Positions 1 through 13,900 of a stretch of DNA of 64,000 nt are shown piece by piece (the stretch's first letter is position 1; each line of letters starts with the position of its first letter). This stretch comes from Vermamoeba vermiformis (taxonomy: Eukaryota). The notes beneath the pieces are model-generated. The model was not told the DNA's origin. It worked only from the letters and a program-made list of their open reading frames with translations, and did no database searches. The position numbers and the translations under genes are program-made. The stretch covers positions 124,001-188,000 of the forward strand of contig JBEWZL010000166.1 in the NCBI GenBank assembly GCA_045837725.1. The letters are read 5' to 3'.

Positions 1-67
1 CCACATATACACGAGAATATGGTACTATTAATATGTTAGCAAAAAGGAATGCTCAATAATCACTTAC

Positions 68-182
68 CTTGAGCTGTAATTTGAGATTTGCGAAGAACGA
101 GCAAGTTCCCCGCAGTTAATGCTGCGGAGCTCGCAACGGATACAAGCAGAGCTAACGCTAAGCTCAGTAGTATAGCTTTCAT
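68..182 (-). CDS. First exon of a secreted protein; gene continues beyond the left edge of the window
   Basis: ATG at 182 reads MKAILLSLALALLVSVASSAALTAGNLLVLRKSQITAQ, a signal peptide, and ends at a G|GTAAGT donor at 67. Confidence 0.65.
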
Positions 183-1522
183 TGGAGTGTTGACAATTTG
201 ATGCGCGCGTAAAAAGATTTAACAGGCACACAAAAAAAAATTCTATTTCTGGTCTTAACCAAATATGGCTAACAGTTTTTCGGCAAGGTCCTGGAGGAGT
301 ATCCACGAAAGGGCCGAAAATGGTGTCCATTACTGTACTGTCGCATTCAACACTAATTGAAATACATGGTGCATTAGCTCCTCTATCGTAGTCAAGTAAA
401 TGACTTGCCTAAACTAAACGTGTTGGTATTCTTTTCCACGCATGGGAGAGAAAAAGCAGCACGCCACTCGAATTGAGTCATGAAGACACTTAAGTGCAAG
501 TCCGCAGAAGAACGATTCGCCAAAATATCTCGCGTGGTAGAAGTTCGGAATCCGAGGTGGGTAGGGATCCCATCCAATCAATTCAGTCTAACTAGCGATT
601 ATATTTTTATTTAATTACCTTATTTAAAGAATAATACTATTTTACTACCTAAATTGATGGATTATTATCCCTTTTTTGAACGATCAAAAATCGTATCTGC
701 GTTTTGGTTAGCACAAAAGGTTTAAAATAATCGGCAAAACCTTGTTAGATATTAATTATATATTAACATAAGAAATTCAGAATTTATTCGCGTGTCTCAA
801 CAGTTCTCCAAATCTATCGGATTGGATTTGAAGAGACAAACCAATTTGGAAGCAATTAGACGGTACGAACCTTTCCAATTTCACGTCATTAGAGATATAC
901 CCGACTGGGATATTACACCTGGTGTGCGTGTCAGCGATGCTCATCTGTTACAAAAAATCCAAGATCAAAATAACATGGCTATTCAAATGCCGTACAACGT
1001 ACCATCGTTCTTATCAGAATTAACATTAATTTGCCAACTAACGTACCTTGAATGACATCATGCAACGCTTTAACACAACCAAGCGGTAAGCATTTTTCAG
1101 TGTGGCCCTAATTTAGCGGTTAATATTTTAGAGAAATGAGAATTATTTATTTTATTATAGCATTAATTAAAAGGATTATTTATTGCCAATTATTTTAAGC
1201 ATTATGGAGGTGATTCAGGCCTCCAGAGCAGGTTGTATCGAATTAAAATCAACAATGATTACAAAATTCAAGAGAACAACACCATGCGCTAGTAGTAGTG
1301 TATGCCTTATTCGTTCTTTGTTCTCTGGCCGTGTCAATGCGATGCGCTCAAGATGTAGAATAGCAATAGAACCAAACGCGGCGCAATGTTCCATCCAAGA
1401 AGTAATAATAATAATTAAAACATTATAATCGATGATTGCTGCCTGTCAGAGATGACACTTTCGACCCAATAACAGGACCGTTAAATGGTCCGTGAAATAA
1501 TTACACTGTTATCGTCCATTAG

Positions 1523-2871
1523 AAAGATAAGCCTATTTTTTGGCAAACTGCTCGAGATCTTCAGCGTCAAGGTGCCCTTGGCATTATTTCCGAGACTGGG
1601 AGTCGTAAGTTCAGTATTAAATATTCAATATTTGCTTTAAATAACGCTATATTTAACAGGCGTGGCTGGCCGAGGCTTTTGTACATACAACAAAGAAGAC
1701 TACCTTGAAGAAATTTCAATTCCATTCGTCTCTGTCGCGCGTTATGGCTGGGAAGATGTCATAGAACTACTTACTAAAGGAGAGATCATTAACGTGACGT
1801 TATCTTGGATGTGAGGAGGTCTAAAAATTCATATAACTAAAATTGTTCCTGATTAGGAAATTAGACAATATAACTCACCAGATTTACTGCCTGTTCCAGC
1901 ATATATTAGCGCAGCGGAAGTTTACGATTGTTGTACTCGGATTTTTCATTCGCATTCAAGGCAGTCAATTTAATATTCCTCAAGTATGCCTCGGATTAGA
2001 AGTAATCGCCAATATTCGTAAGTTTCATTGAAACATGTTTGACCTGGATCTGACCTCCGCGATAGTGCGATTGCTTTACGTTGCAGTGGATCCGTTTGGC
2101 TGTCATTTCAACCTGCAGAGCATTACTACAAATATATTGGCCACTCTTACTTTGCCCTTCAACGTGGCTACATTCGCGTTAATCACTTTTTATTGGTACG
2201 GAGTAGAAATTTCCTAAATAATTACCCGTTGAAGCTAAATATTGACATTTAAATATGATAGGTACGAAGCTATTAATGAAGCTTCTATCGCGATCTACCC
2301 GTTTCTGAAGAAGCTTCAAATTCCATTCTTCGTCGTTACGTTTCTATTGATTGCCATGGAGTTCATTACGAGTCTTCTGGATTATTTCGAGGGCTTATCA
2401 GATCAAATGGTCAAGTTGATTATTTATACCGCCATACAAGTCGGTTTCTTAATCTTCTACGTCGTTACAATCTTGAAGATCGGCAAAAAACTTCAAAAAT
2501 CGGCGGAGCTTACTGGCGGCAAGAAAACGAATGCTTTGAAAAAGGTGCGTATCATATTATGACCGCAGACAAGATTTTATTAGATCTGAAAGTCCATACA
2601 TTCTAATTGCCTAATTTAGATAAATAAGAAAATGGTTCTCGGAGGCATTGCAAAGCTCGTATTAGTGATCTATGCAGTCATATGGGGTTCGTTGTCATTA
2701 ACAGACATTCCAATGCCTAACGTCGTACTATACGCTCTGCTCTACTTTTTCTTGATGGTCGATAGCTTTTGTCGGATCTATTTGTTCAATATCAAAAAGG
2801 CTGTTAAGTCTTCTTCGCGCCATAATAATACGACAATGAAGCCTGTATCCGATACTATTCGCGCAGAATAA
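1523..2871 (+). CDS. Multi-exon membrane protein: PA-domain-like segment followed by a multi-pass (about 7 TM) region; 5' end unresolved
   Basis: Spliced exons give FWQTARDLQRQGALGIIS...EISIPFVSV...IINVTL (PA-like), then hydrophobic exons in ORFs 1843, 2035, 2242 and 2632, joined in frame by GT-AG introns. Confidence 0.6.
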
Positions 2872-2923
2872 TTAATACTTCGTTAAACTATTGTAACGAT
2901 AAATTTCTATAAAATACAAATAT

Positions 2924-4277
2924 TTAATAACACATGCGATGAACAATTTTAGATCCGTCTTCATCGTACTGCTCCTTCGTCATTAATGTATTGAAGAACT
3001 TTCCAGGAAAATCGGGAAGATAAGTAGCGCCGTAATACGGACCGCGCCCACATCCAGGCGGTGCTTGACATCTTAATTTGTCGTTTTCGGGCAACAATGT
3101 CAATACTTCCTTAGTTAATCTATCGCCTATGCCTGGAGTAACTGCTGGTCCTCCGCAAACAAAAATATTTTGCGTTACTTCCTCTCTGATCTCCGGATCT
3201 ATCTTCATAATGACCTGGTAGATTGCTTTATGCAGTCCCATATCTGCCTTGCCAATTATAGAAGGATCAAAGAGTAGTTCACAGCATCTAAAGCGTTCAC
3301 TTCCTAAAAAGGAAATTTTAGGGTTAGGAAAAACTTGCCAAGTCGTAGCTAAAGACTTACCGACAAAAATATCCATATCAGGCAATTCATATCGCTGTTC
3401 TATTGAGCTTGGATCCGCTTTTGCTTTCGTTAACTCTTCCTCAAAGTCATGAGCGACGTAGCAAGTTTTTTCTTTCAGATCTTTCAGAATATACGGGATC
3501 GTCACTTGAGGCATTAATTGGCCCATATAAGTAGTCAAATCTTTGCCTCCATAATTAAGTTCAATACCATGATGCGCAAGAGCGTGTCCGTTGTAAATTG
3601 GCACGACGCGCGTAGACTCGTAACCCATGTTGATTGTGAGGCCCGTGGTCCGCCATAAAAAGCCTAATCCAGCAACCGCTTCGTCTACAATTCTGAGGCC
3701 GGGACTGCAAAAACTTTCGAAGAAAATTTCGGCCATTTTCTCGCGCTGGTTCTTCGGTGAAAAGGTCTGATCCGTCAAGATCAGCACGGTCTCCTCGGGG
3801 AAAATTCTCATGTCTTCGATCAAAGTCTCGCGCCACATCCTCTCCATAAGGTCCCAATTAACTATGACACCCTTTTCCATTGGATATTCTCTCGAGTAAT
3901 TAGGTCCTCTTCGCAACAAGGTATCGCCAATAAAGTACTGTGTGGGATCCGCATCTGCATCAATGCATCGTCCAAGGACGTTAGGATTAACTGATCGTGG
4001 TCCTTTGCTACCAGGAAAGCCAGCTCGTACACAACCTGCGGATCTAACCGTTAAAGATTTTAATTTGAAATATTAAATTAATATTTGAGGTTATTTTAGA
4101 GGGTAAATAGTTCCTTTAATCGTACAACATTCAATTTGAGAGTAATATCTAATAATAATAAACTTCATTTTATAATTTATTTTAAATTTATCGAGCAGAA
4201 AGGTCTTTATCTCTCGATTTCGACTCGAACTTACTCGTTCCGTTGTCTATAACATTTATAGGAATGTCTTCGGCCAT
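2924..4277 (-). CDS. Divergent actin-related protein
   Basis: Exon 1 MAEDIPINVIDNGT splices to SCVRAGFPG. Actin signatures follow: YPMEKGVIVNWD, REKMAEIFFESF, VVPIYNG, ERFRCCELLFDPS and the C-terminal YDEDGSKIVHRMCY. Confidence 0.9.
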
Positions 4278-4477
4278 GCTTTTCTAATTTTAGATTTCTC
4301 GATTGTGGTGCACCGTTCAAAAATTGAATCGATTCTACGGATCAAGGTCACGACTAAGACTATTTTTGGAAATTTACTTGGGTTCCGAAGAAAGACATTT
4401 TCTTACTGAATGCACTAGGCACAAAACTATATTCTAAACGCGATTTAAACTAGCTTCAGTGTGGATTCTTAAAGCTA

Positions 4478-7000
4478 TTAAATGAACCCGTGATAGGCAT
4501 TGTAGAGAGTGCGCATATCTCGCTCGATATCTCCCACCAACTGCTCGAGATTGTGTTCGAGATCAACAGGCACCCAGCCAAACTCTTCGGACACTTCTTC
4601 TTTCATCAACAAGCACGCGCCATTGATACGAAGTTTTTTCAATGAAACTTGTGTTGCTCGTCGCATACTAAATTAGGAAAGTTAGAACGGGCTTTACTTA
4701 CAAAAGAAAATCGTCGAGTCTTGCCTCGGATTTTGGTAGTCCGCGTCCAAGCCACTGAACTCGAGTCCTCCGTACGGTGAGTGATCGTGGTGCGACAGTA
4801 CTGACAAGTGCAACAATGCTGTCAATGGTGTGCCCGATGGCTTTGACGCATTGCTCTCAATTTCATCACGGGTCAAAACATCCTCTTCGAACAACAGCAC
4901 GTACCTTTAAAGTTACGCGATGAGTTTTTCCTTATTTGGTAAAAGTATATGATGACGTACCGCCTGACACCATTATCCAAGAGCACTTGTGAGGTCAGTG
5001 CCGCAGCATTTGACAGACCAATCAAACTCTTGCAGTCTTCAGCGAGATGTCCAAATATAGTGTGAGCTCGTTTTGCAATGATTTGGTCACCGCTCGAGGT
5101 CAACACAGCGACATCAAACTTCTTTGCCAAATATGGTGTTGAAGTGTACAACACATCCGTGCGGCCTCGCATCATCAGCACCATTTTTCCACTGAAATTT
5201 CCATTTTTTGTAAATATCGGCTCCACAGTGAAATACAAGGTCAGCGGTGAAATGGTCGTGATTTCTTTCTCGTTTTGCCAGTCAATTATCTTGCACGAGT
5301 TTCGTATCTTTTCACCACCGTTCGGGTTGAACGAAAGAAAGAGCAACTTTTCGTCAAAATGAGTGACGCTAACCTGTCACATTCATCATTAGTTCAAGCA
5401 AGTACAACAAGTACGGACTAACTGTGAAAAATAGAATGACACGTGTCATCGATATTTTTCACGTGTCAAAAAATTAAGTATGACACGTGTCAATCGCACT
5501 CAATATGTTCCAATCCCCTTATTACTCACCAAGGTATTGGTGAACTTATTGGTGTTAATTGTTTTCACTACTTTCGGCGTATTTTCTTCCGTGCTCCAAA
5601 TTGTCACGTGACCGCTCTTTTCGCTGCACGCAATCTGATATAAACGTATGATTAGATCTTATTTGGTGACTTAACTACGCAAAATAATACTTACGAGGCC
5701 GTTGTCGGTAATAAACACCCTCTGTACTTCGCTCTTGTGTTGCAACACTTTGACATTTTGACCGTCAAAATCAAATAATTTGTCGTACTAAACAGTAATA
5801 ATTAATACTCATTCAAATCTTACGTAGTATTATCGAATAATTGATACCTCATTTTCGGTGGTGAAGTCGTTCCAATTGGCCAAATAAATTTTAGCCTCAG
5901 GCTTGCCACTCTTAGTCAACACCACGTAATTTCCGTTAAAAGCGTACGCATCGCCGAGCAATTTTTGCTTTTTGATTGGCTTCGCAGCGTTTGTTTTCAG
6001 ATCAAAAATATCAACGATGAACGGACCATTCCTGCAACACTATATGAACAATACTACTACGCTATATTCAATATAATGTTATTCTTACGCAGTTCTAGCA
6101 GAAGGCTCAGCTAAAGTAGATGCGTAATAGATCAACTCCGGATGCTTCGAATTGAACAGCATTCTCGGTTCTTGGGCATACTTAGCAGAACGGGTGCCTA
6201 TTAAAGGTTAATATAATATCAGTAATCTTATTATAGCTTACTAATTTTATATTGAGCCTCGTTCACTGACTTTGGCAGGTTATTCGGATCGTACTTAAAC
6301 ACTAAAACATCGTTGGTGCTAATTCCTTGCGGGTAAATACAACTAAACTGGTCCATCTGAAATGCAAGAAGATAATTTCCCGCCTTTTTGAAGTGCAAGT
6401 CCTCAAAGCCTTCAATTTTCTTGACTTGAAAATTATGCGTGTCCATAATTCCGACTGCGTGGGTGCGTGAAGGCGAATAAGAGCTTTATAAGTAATTATT
6501 ATCGAAAGTTATATTAAAATAGCATCAAATAATTCAAACTGACCTGGAGTAGTGCGTTGTCCAATTTATTACGAGATCTTCATGTGAAATACTATACTCG
6601 ATGCACTGTCCAAGTTTTTCGGCCTTTTCGATGTTTTTCCGAATATACCTAGCATAATAATGATTAAATGCGCTACTTTTTGAAAATATTTTTTACCTTT
6701 TATTTTGCAAATTAATCCAAGGTGCTTTTCCTTCGATAAATACTTGTCTCCATTGTCCATTGTATTGTTTCTGATTTATTGTGTCGACGCCATGAATAAT
6801 TTCGCACAGTGCCTGAAAAAATTGCGGATTGCGTTGAGAGAATTGATTTGCAATCAATTCAAGCTTACCTTCCATATATGATCTTGATATACTACTTGCT
6901 TTATATGTTTACATGCTTTTGCGCAGTTAATTATGGAGCTGACAGGCAATAAAAGCAAGATCTGCGAGAGTGTTTCATTTGGGAGGCTTAAAATCGACAT
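4478..7000 (-). CDS. F-box protein, tandem copy 1 (multi-exon)
   Basis: N-terminus MSILSLPNETLSQILLLLPVSSIINCAKACKHIKQVVYQDHIWK matches the F-box pattern. Downstream exons are linked by GT-AG introns and are paralogous to 7152-9815. Confidence 0.8.
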
Positions 7001-7151
7001 TACGACCAAGTATTAGGCAAAAATACTAATAATATTATGGTACTGACTTGTTGCTCCAAATTAACGTTTAAAACACGAGAAGATTCGTCATCTTTATTAT
7101 CTCCGTAAAAAATCCCCGGTAGAAGTATTGGTCTTATTATTTAAACCAACG

Positions 7152-9815
7152 TCAATCTGAAAATAGATGTATACGTTCCATATCTCGCTTGATATCTCCC
7201 AACAACTGCTCGAGATTGTGTTCGAGATCAACAGGCACCCAGCCAAACTCTTCGGACACTTCTTCTTTCATCAACAAGCACGCGCCATTGATACGAAGTT
7301 TTTTCACTGAAACTTCCGTCACGCGCACCTTACTAAAAAGGCAAAAGATAAATGAGATAAATTCAGTGAACGTGAAAGCCGTCAAGTCTTACTTATTGAC
7401 GGGTGTTGTAGCCCCGCTCAGTTCATTGAACTCGAGTCCTCCGTACGGCGAGTGATCGTGGTGCGACAGTACTGACAAGTGCAACAATGCTGTCAATGGT
7501 GTGTCCGATGGCTGCTCTTCATTCGACGGTGCATCTTCTTCGAACACCAGCACGTACCTGACGAAAATATTATTTCCTAATTTGGTAAAAGCACGTGCTA
7601 AGTGACGTACCGTCGGACACCATTATCCAAGAGCACCTGTGAGGTCAGAGCCGCAGCATTTGAAAGACCAATCAAATGCTTGCAATCTTCTGCGAGATGT
7701 CCAAATATGGTGCGAGCTCGTTTTGCAATGATTTTGTCGCCGCTCGAAGTCAACACAGCGACATCAAACTTCTTTGCCAAATATGGCGTTGAAGTGTACA
7801 ACACATCCGTGCGGCCTCGCGCGTTCAGCACCATTTTTCCGCTGTACTTTCCGTGCTTGGTAGAGAGCGGAAAAACATTGAATGAAGTTGTGCGAGTTTC
7901 ATTGTGCGTCATTAGCATTTGCACGTGCTCTCCTGTTCTCCAATCGTAGATGAAACACCAATGCCGTGGCCGATCAAAAGAAGTTACTTTCGAAGGACAG
8001 AACATGGCCCAAATGAATTTGCCGTCAAAATAACACATCGTGCTCTGCAAGTGTAATGAATTAGAGTACTGCGCGTGAATAATTTAAGATTGTTTAGCGA
8101 AATCGTGAAAAATATGTTTGACACGTGTCATCGAATTTTTTTAAACTGATTTTTGCTACAATATGCAAGTTATTCTGAATTTTAACGTTTTCTTGTGGGT
8201 CGGCGTTTGACACGTGTCATCAACAACAATTTTAACGGGTAATTTTCTTCACGGATATCCGTTGTGGAGATGATAGTAATAGCTTACCGGTTCTTCTGCA
8301 CGTGAAGGACTAGCCAAATCAATACGATTGAGAACTTTTGGTTCATTTTCTTGAACGGACCAAATAACAAAGGCGTTTTTTTCTTCGCACACGACCTAGA
8401 TCCAAAACGAGCCAATCAAATCAGTTAAATTCCTCTCATATCATTATGCATTATATATACATATATTTGTATACTATGAATCGAGATTTAACGTACCAAA
8501 TCACCGTGAATGAGAACATTTTTCACGACTGACGTGTGCGGGAGTATTTTGACCTCTTTGCCGTCAAAATCGAAAAATTTATCGTCGTCGTACTAAATAA
8601 TAATAAAATTAAGCATTAATATTATAATATTAAATAATTATCGTGATTTACCTCGTTAGCGAAATTGTTCCAATCGACGATAAAAACTTCCTTGCCCTTC
8701 TCGACATCTTTAGTAAATGCCACGTATTTTCCTGTGAAAGCAAATGCTTTTCCAAGTAATTTTTGAGATTTAATCGGCGTTGCTGATTCAGTTTTTAAAT
8801 CGAAAATTTCAACTTTCGTTGGTACGGTTCTATAGTTACGGTTTGATTAATTACTCTTATCGTGTTATATTATTGTAATCTACTTACTCGGAATAATGTG
8901 CATGTGGTCTTAAATACGACGCGTAAAAGATCAGCTCAGGATCCTCCGTGTTGAACATCAGGTGTGGCAAATGTGCACCATGCTGTCGAAGAATCGCACC
9001 TATCAATCGATTTTAATATTATAGTAATACTCGATTATATAACTCGTACTTGAAGTAGTAACTTTAAATAGCGCGTCGTTCATGGATGTAGGAAACTTGT
9101 TTGGATCGTATTTAAAGACCGTAAAACTGGATGTAGTAATTCCGTGCGGATAAATATAGCTCTCCGTGTCCATGCGAAATAATAGCAGATAATTTCCCGC
9201 CTTTTTGAAGTGCTTGTTCTCAAAGCCTTCAATTTTCTTGACTTGAAAATTATGCGTGTCCATAATTCCGACCGCGAGCGTAGATGAAGGAGAATAAGAC
9301 CTGCATTTTAATTAGAATATATACGTTAAGTAAATAAGATTAACACTGACCCGCTGTAGTGCGCTGTATAATTTAAAACAAGGTCTTCATTTGAAATGCT
9401 CAACTCGATGCAATAACCTCTTCTGTTTGCCTGTTGAATTGTCTTACGAATATATCTTATGGTTTTATAGTTAGACGATATGACATTGATTTTAATCGAA
9501 GATTTTTTACCTTTTATTTTGCAAATTAATCCAAGGTGCTTTTCCTTCGATAAAGACTTGTCTCCATTGTCCGTCATATTGTTTCTGATTTATCGTATCG
9601 ACGCCGTGAATTGTTTCGCATAGTGTCTGAAAAGAAAAGCAGATTGAGTTGAGAAAATTGAAAAACAAATCAATTGCACTTACTTTCCAAATATAATCTT
9701 GATATACAACCTCCTTTATATGCTTACAAGCCTTTGCGCAGTTAATTATCGAGCTGACAGGAGTTGATAGCAAGATCTGTGCTAGTACTTCGCTAGGAAG
9801 GTATAAAATCGACAT
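7152..9815 (-). CDS. F-box protein, tandem copy 2 (multi-exon)
   Basis: MSILYLPSEVLAQILLSTPVSSIINCAKACKHIKEVVYQDYIWK; similar exon layout to copy 1, with blocks of near-identical sequence. Confidence 0.8.
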
Positions 9816-10974
9816 TATGACTTTATTAGTGCCTGTCGTCTTTAAATAAATTCGTCGATTTAATGCCGGTCGACATGAAAGGCCTGTGTTTATTTGAAAA
9901 ATAAGGGACCGGTAGATCTCATTTTGACAGGCCAAAATCGTGGCGAGCTACAATAACATCAATACTACGATGGATAGCACCAATAATATTAATTGCCGTT
10001 ACGCAGCCAACCGTCAAAAGGGCTGAGACAGGGCATGCCCGTTGATCTGAGATGTAGTCATGCGTTCTCACGAGGAACTAACGAAAAAATCTCTGCAAAA
10101 ATACAAAGCATCTCTTGGCGTAATTGCGACTTAGTAGATATAAACGAATACATGAATGCACAAATTCGAATCTGATCTTCACAAAGCTCGTTTATGGAAA
10201 GGTGCTAATTAATGAAAAAAATTAAGCATTTATTGACCACTTTTTTAAATAGTGCAAACAAAGAAGCCCTACAACGAAGATACGAAATTGAATATTTAAT
10301 TATTATTATTGGTAAATAATCATTGTTAATAAAACGTTGTTGCAAAAACTCACCAATTAATGAAAAATCATTTAGATATTTTTCTTTCCCAACATATCAT
10401 GCTAAGCTAATTGGACTGACCCGCAGATCCGGATCATGCAGTACGGGCTGCTTAGTCACCCATGCACATGATCGCGGAGATTTGATAGGTATGCGAGAGA
10501 AGTGTCGCATAGCAACGTGAACAGCTGTGCGCTGGATGAGTAGGAGTGAATCATCGCACCCTCCATTCGTGCCAACGGACACACTCGAGGACAAGTGCGA
10601 CAAGACTGGTAGATCCACTCTGAGTGTGCAGCACTCTGTTGAAGATGAAGAGAGCGGGCTCGTTGTGTCGTAGCACAGTCCAAGCTGACCAGCACTGCAA
10701 GTTGATCGACTGTTGTTCGTTTCTTTGAATCAATGACGCAGCAGCGCCATTTGGAATCACAACGCGAGGACCAGCAATTCAATTACTCTCCAGACTTGGT
10801 TGCCAACAATGAGAAGAGAGGTGCTTTGCCGCTCTTTTCGTGACGAAAGAAAGCTGCCGTGAAATATCCACGTCCGTGTTCGTAAGTTGGGTCTGCAAAT
10901 TTGGCCTTTATTTACTTTCGTGAGACCAGCACTACAAGCCTACTTATTATTAGCAACTAATAATATTATAAGAA

Positions 10975-13900
10975 ATGTTTCGTCAAGTCATAGGCAGAGC
11001 GTTGCTTGGAATGAAGACTGCTTCGCGCAATCAACGAGGTAATTATTAATTTTGGATTATGCATCAATTATTTATTGTTATAATAGCCAAATAATGCGAT
11101 CCAAGTAATCGTCTATAATTATTTTTCCAAGGTTCTAGTATTAATGCTTTTTAGTTAGTGGTGCCCTTTTTCAACGTGCTTTTTTACACTCGGCGCATTT
11201 CGTGCCACTACACATTGGGGCAAACAAATAAGACCGAATGTATATCCTATGGCGCCACCAAACACCCAAGATATCTTCCAATGCAAAGAAGTACGAATTT
11301 GAAAAATTTTCAGGAAGTTAATTAATTTGCAGATGCAGCCTATTCCATCAAGGTTGATAGACCAGGTCCACGTATGTTATTATAATGACGTTATCTTTAA
11401 CTAATCAACATGTAAGCACTTGAACGACTCATAGAAGCACACAAGCAGTCTTTGAATCTCAATGCACAGAGGCAGGTGTACGGCACTTGTTTGCAAAAGC
11501 CATTGCCACTGCGAGAAAATCTTTCTTTCGAAAACTACTTCATGGAAGATATTGTTGATGCTCCAATTTACAAACCTTTCACAGCCTTTGTTCGTGACAT
11601 CAAGAGTTCAGCCCTTGAGAAGAACAGACAAAATCTTTACCTGGGTGCAATGGTGCAAAGTATGAACAGCCCTAACTGATGTGTCTTTTAATAACACAAT
11701 TTACTTTAGTCCCTGGCTATGGCAAGACACATTTGGCACAAGTATTCACTCGACTGAACAATGCACTGTACTTCAAACTTGGGGACACAACAGACAGCAC
11801 ATTTATTGAACCAATACAGGCTCAGATTGAACTGTTGAAGACAAAAATAATTCCTGAAGGTTTCAACAATGCTGATGCCAGTCAGTACAAAGAATTCACA
11901 GCTAAATCACAACAAGTGGTAGAAGTATTCTTTTTGTGTGCTATCAAACACTATGTGAATTGTTACCAGCACTTGCTTGATCTGGAGTACGATGCAAAAA
12001 CTGCAACAGCAATTTGTTCACAAGTTTTTGACAACCAGTGTGGAACCTACTTCAGAGAACACATGTTGAAAGATTCATGGACACAAATGAATGACATCAA
12101 CTGGCTTAAGAGTCTGTACCTTGAAGTAGCACAGTATGTCCAGCAGTACAACATTCAAGCACTTTTTTGCGATGAGGTTCACTCTCTGCAAGGAAAACAT
12201 GTTGGAGAGTTCAGTCACACAGCCCTCCCTGTTGCAGATAAAGATTGGCCTGAGGTACAAACGCAAACTGCTGTTCACCATTTCTAACACTCTTTAGTCT
12301 CTGATCCCAGCACGTGCTGCCTATGAGCAACATTTTCACCAGCGCAAATGCACCCCTGATGATGTTGTACAAAGAATTATCAAAGCATATGACAGAGCTA
12401 CTTCACTGACTTATCTGATAGTCACTGTACTAGAGACCATTTCACTCAAAACTGCCATAGCTGTAAGTACTAAGTTTATTTGATGAAATTTCTGCTCAAT
12501 ATCATTAATTAACTGTTTGCAGAGCATATTGCTCACCACAGACAAGGATGCCATTAAATTTGTTGAAGGTTCACGAGCAAGCAGAGATAGGGTCCAACTC
12601 AAACAGTTTGAAAATTTTGAAAGGAATGCATCTGAAGAAGCAGCTCGACAAAACAATCTGCTGAAAGAGTACTTTTCGATTGATATTCACAATTACATAC
12701 AGAACACAAATCGAGACTACAAGAAGATCATTGAAACATTTGGCAGTCGTGCAGTGTACTTCAAGCGACTGTTGCAAGCAGTAAGGAACAGTGCTGCTTT
12801 ATTATTTACTTAACTTCAATTGCAGGTCATCAATTATATGGTGACACACAAACCTTCAAAGGAAGCTATCAACAATGCACTTGATGTCATTTGGAGTGCA
12901 ACTACAACGAATTGTATGCTGCAAGCAGGACAACTTGTAGAAATCCTCAGAGCAAACCAAAATGTAAGAAATCACAACTCTAATCTAAAATGAATGCAAA
13001 CTAACAGTGCAGTACTACCATGATGTGCTGTATGGAGCACTATTTCACAATGGTCACTTGCAAAACACCTATCCTCCTGTGCAATTGAAAATGAACAATG
13101 CCTTCATGCCATGTGTGGCAGAAAACACCAGACAGTAGATTCAAACAGCAAATGACTGATTGGTGGGTGTTGAAGTACATCACCTCTTCAACTAGAGCCA
13201 TAACTTACACTAAGGTAAAACCCTATCATACAAAAAATTGTTTTAATGGTGCCAAACAGACGTTAATGCATGCTCATTACCTTGCACCCAACCTTGGCAT
13301 TCAAGGAGAAGATCTCCTCAAACTGGTCCTTATGCAAGCTTATGGTCAAAAAATTGCAGATTTAGCTGTTCAAGGGTCACAGTTCCATCATCAGTCCCTG
13401 GTTCATGGGTTATTCATTGATGTGACAGCATGTGGAGATATTGATGAGTTTGATATGACCCCACTTGAGCTGCTTCAAGACCCACTCAACACTTTGAAGC
13501 AGAAATTCATCAAAATGGCAGACAATGGCATTGTGAAGCCTGATGGTCTAACATTGCTCACTAATGTTATCAATGAATATGTCATTGCAGCATGGCAGTC
13601 AAAGAATTGGAACAAAAGATTGGGTGCTAGGGAGGTGGAAGAAGCATTGAAGTCATTGGACCCAGATCTGTTCTTTTCACAAGATTCAGCTGATCAAAAT
13701 GAATGGCAGAATATCAAAAATCCTCAGCAGTGGATGAAATACATTCGTGTAAGTTGCTAGTCTTCAATGCTAATGAGAGTACTTAACTGTGATTAGGTTG
13801 TATGGGCAAAAGACTTCTCTTCCACTGCACTTCAGCTAATCAATGAATACAACTTGAATAAGGAGAATGTTAACACTCCTATTGTATTGATGACATTTGC

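Noticed and set aside
792-1428. ORFs 792-1055 and 1183-1428
   Set aside because: No recognisable motifs or consistent splice model; cannot be supported as genes.
13079-13140. Apparent frameshift/stop in the CR-like gene suggesting a pseudogene
   Set aside because: A 43-nt GT-AG intron (about 13079-13121) restores the frame, so pseudogene status cannot be claimed, although the donor is weak.
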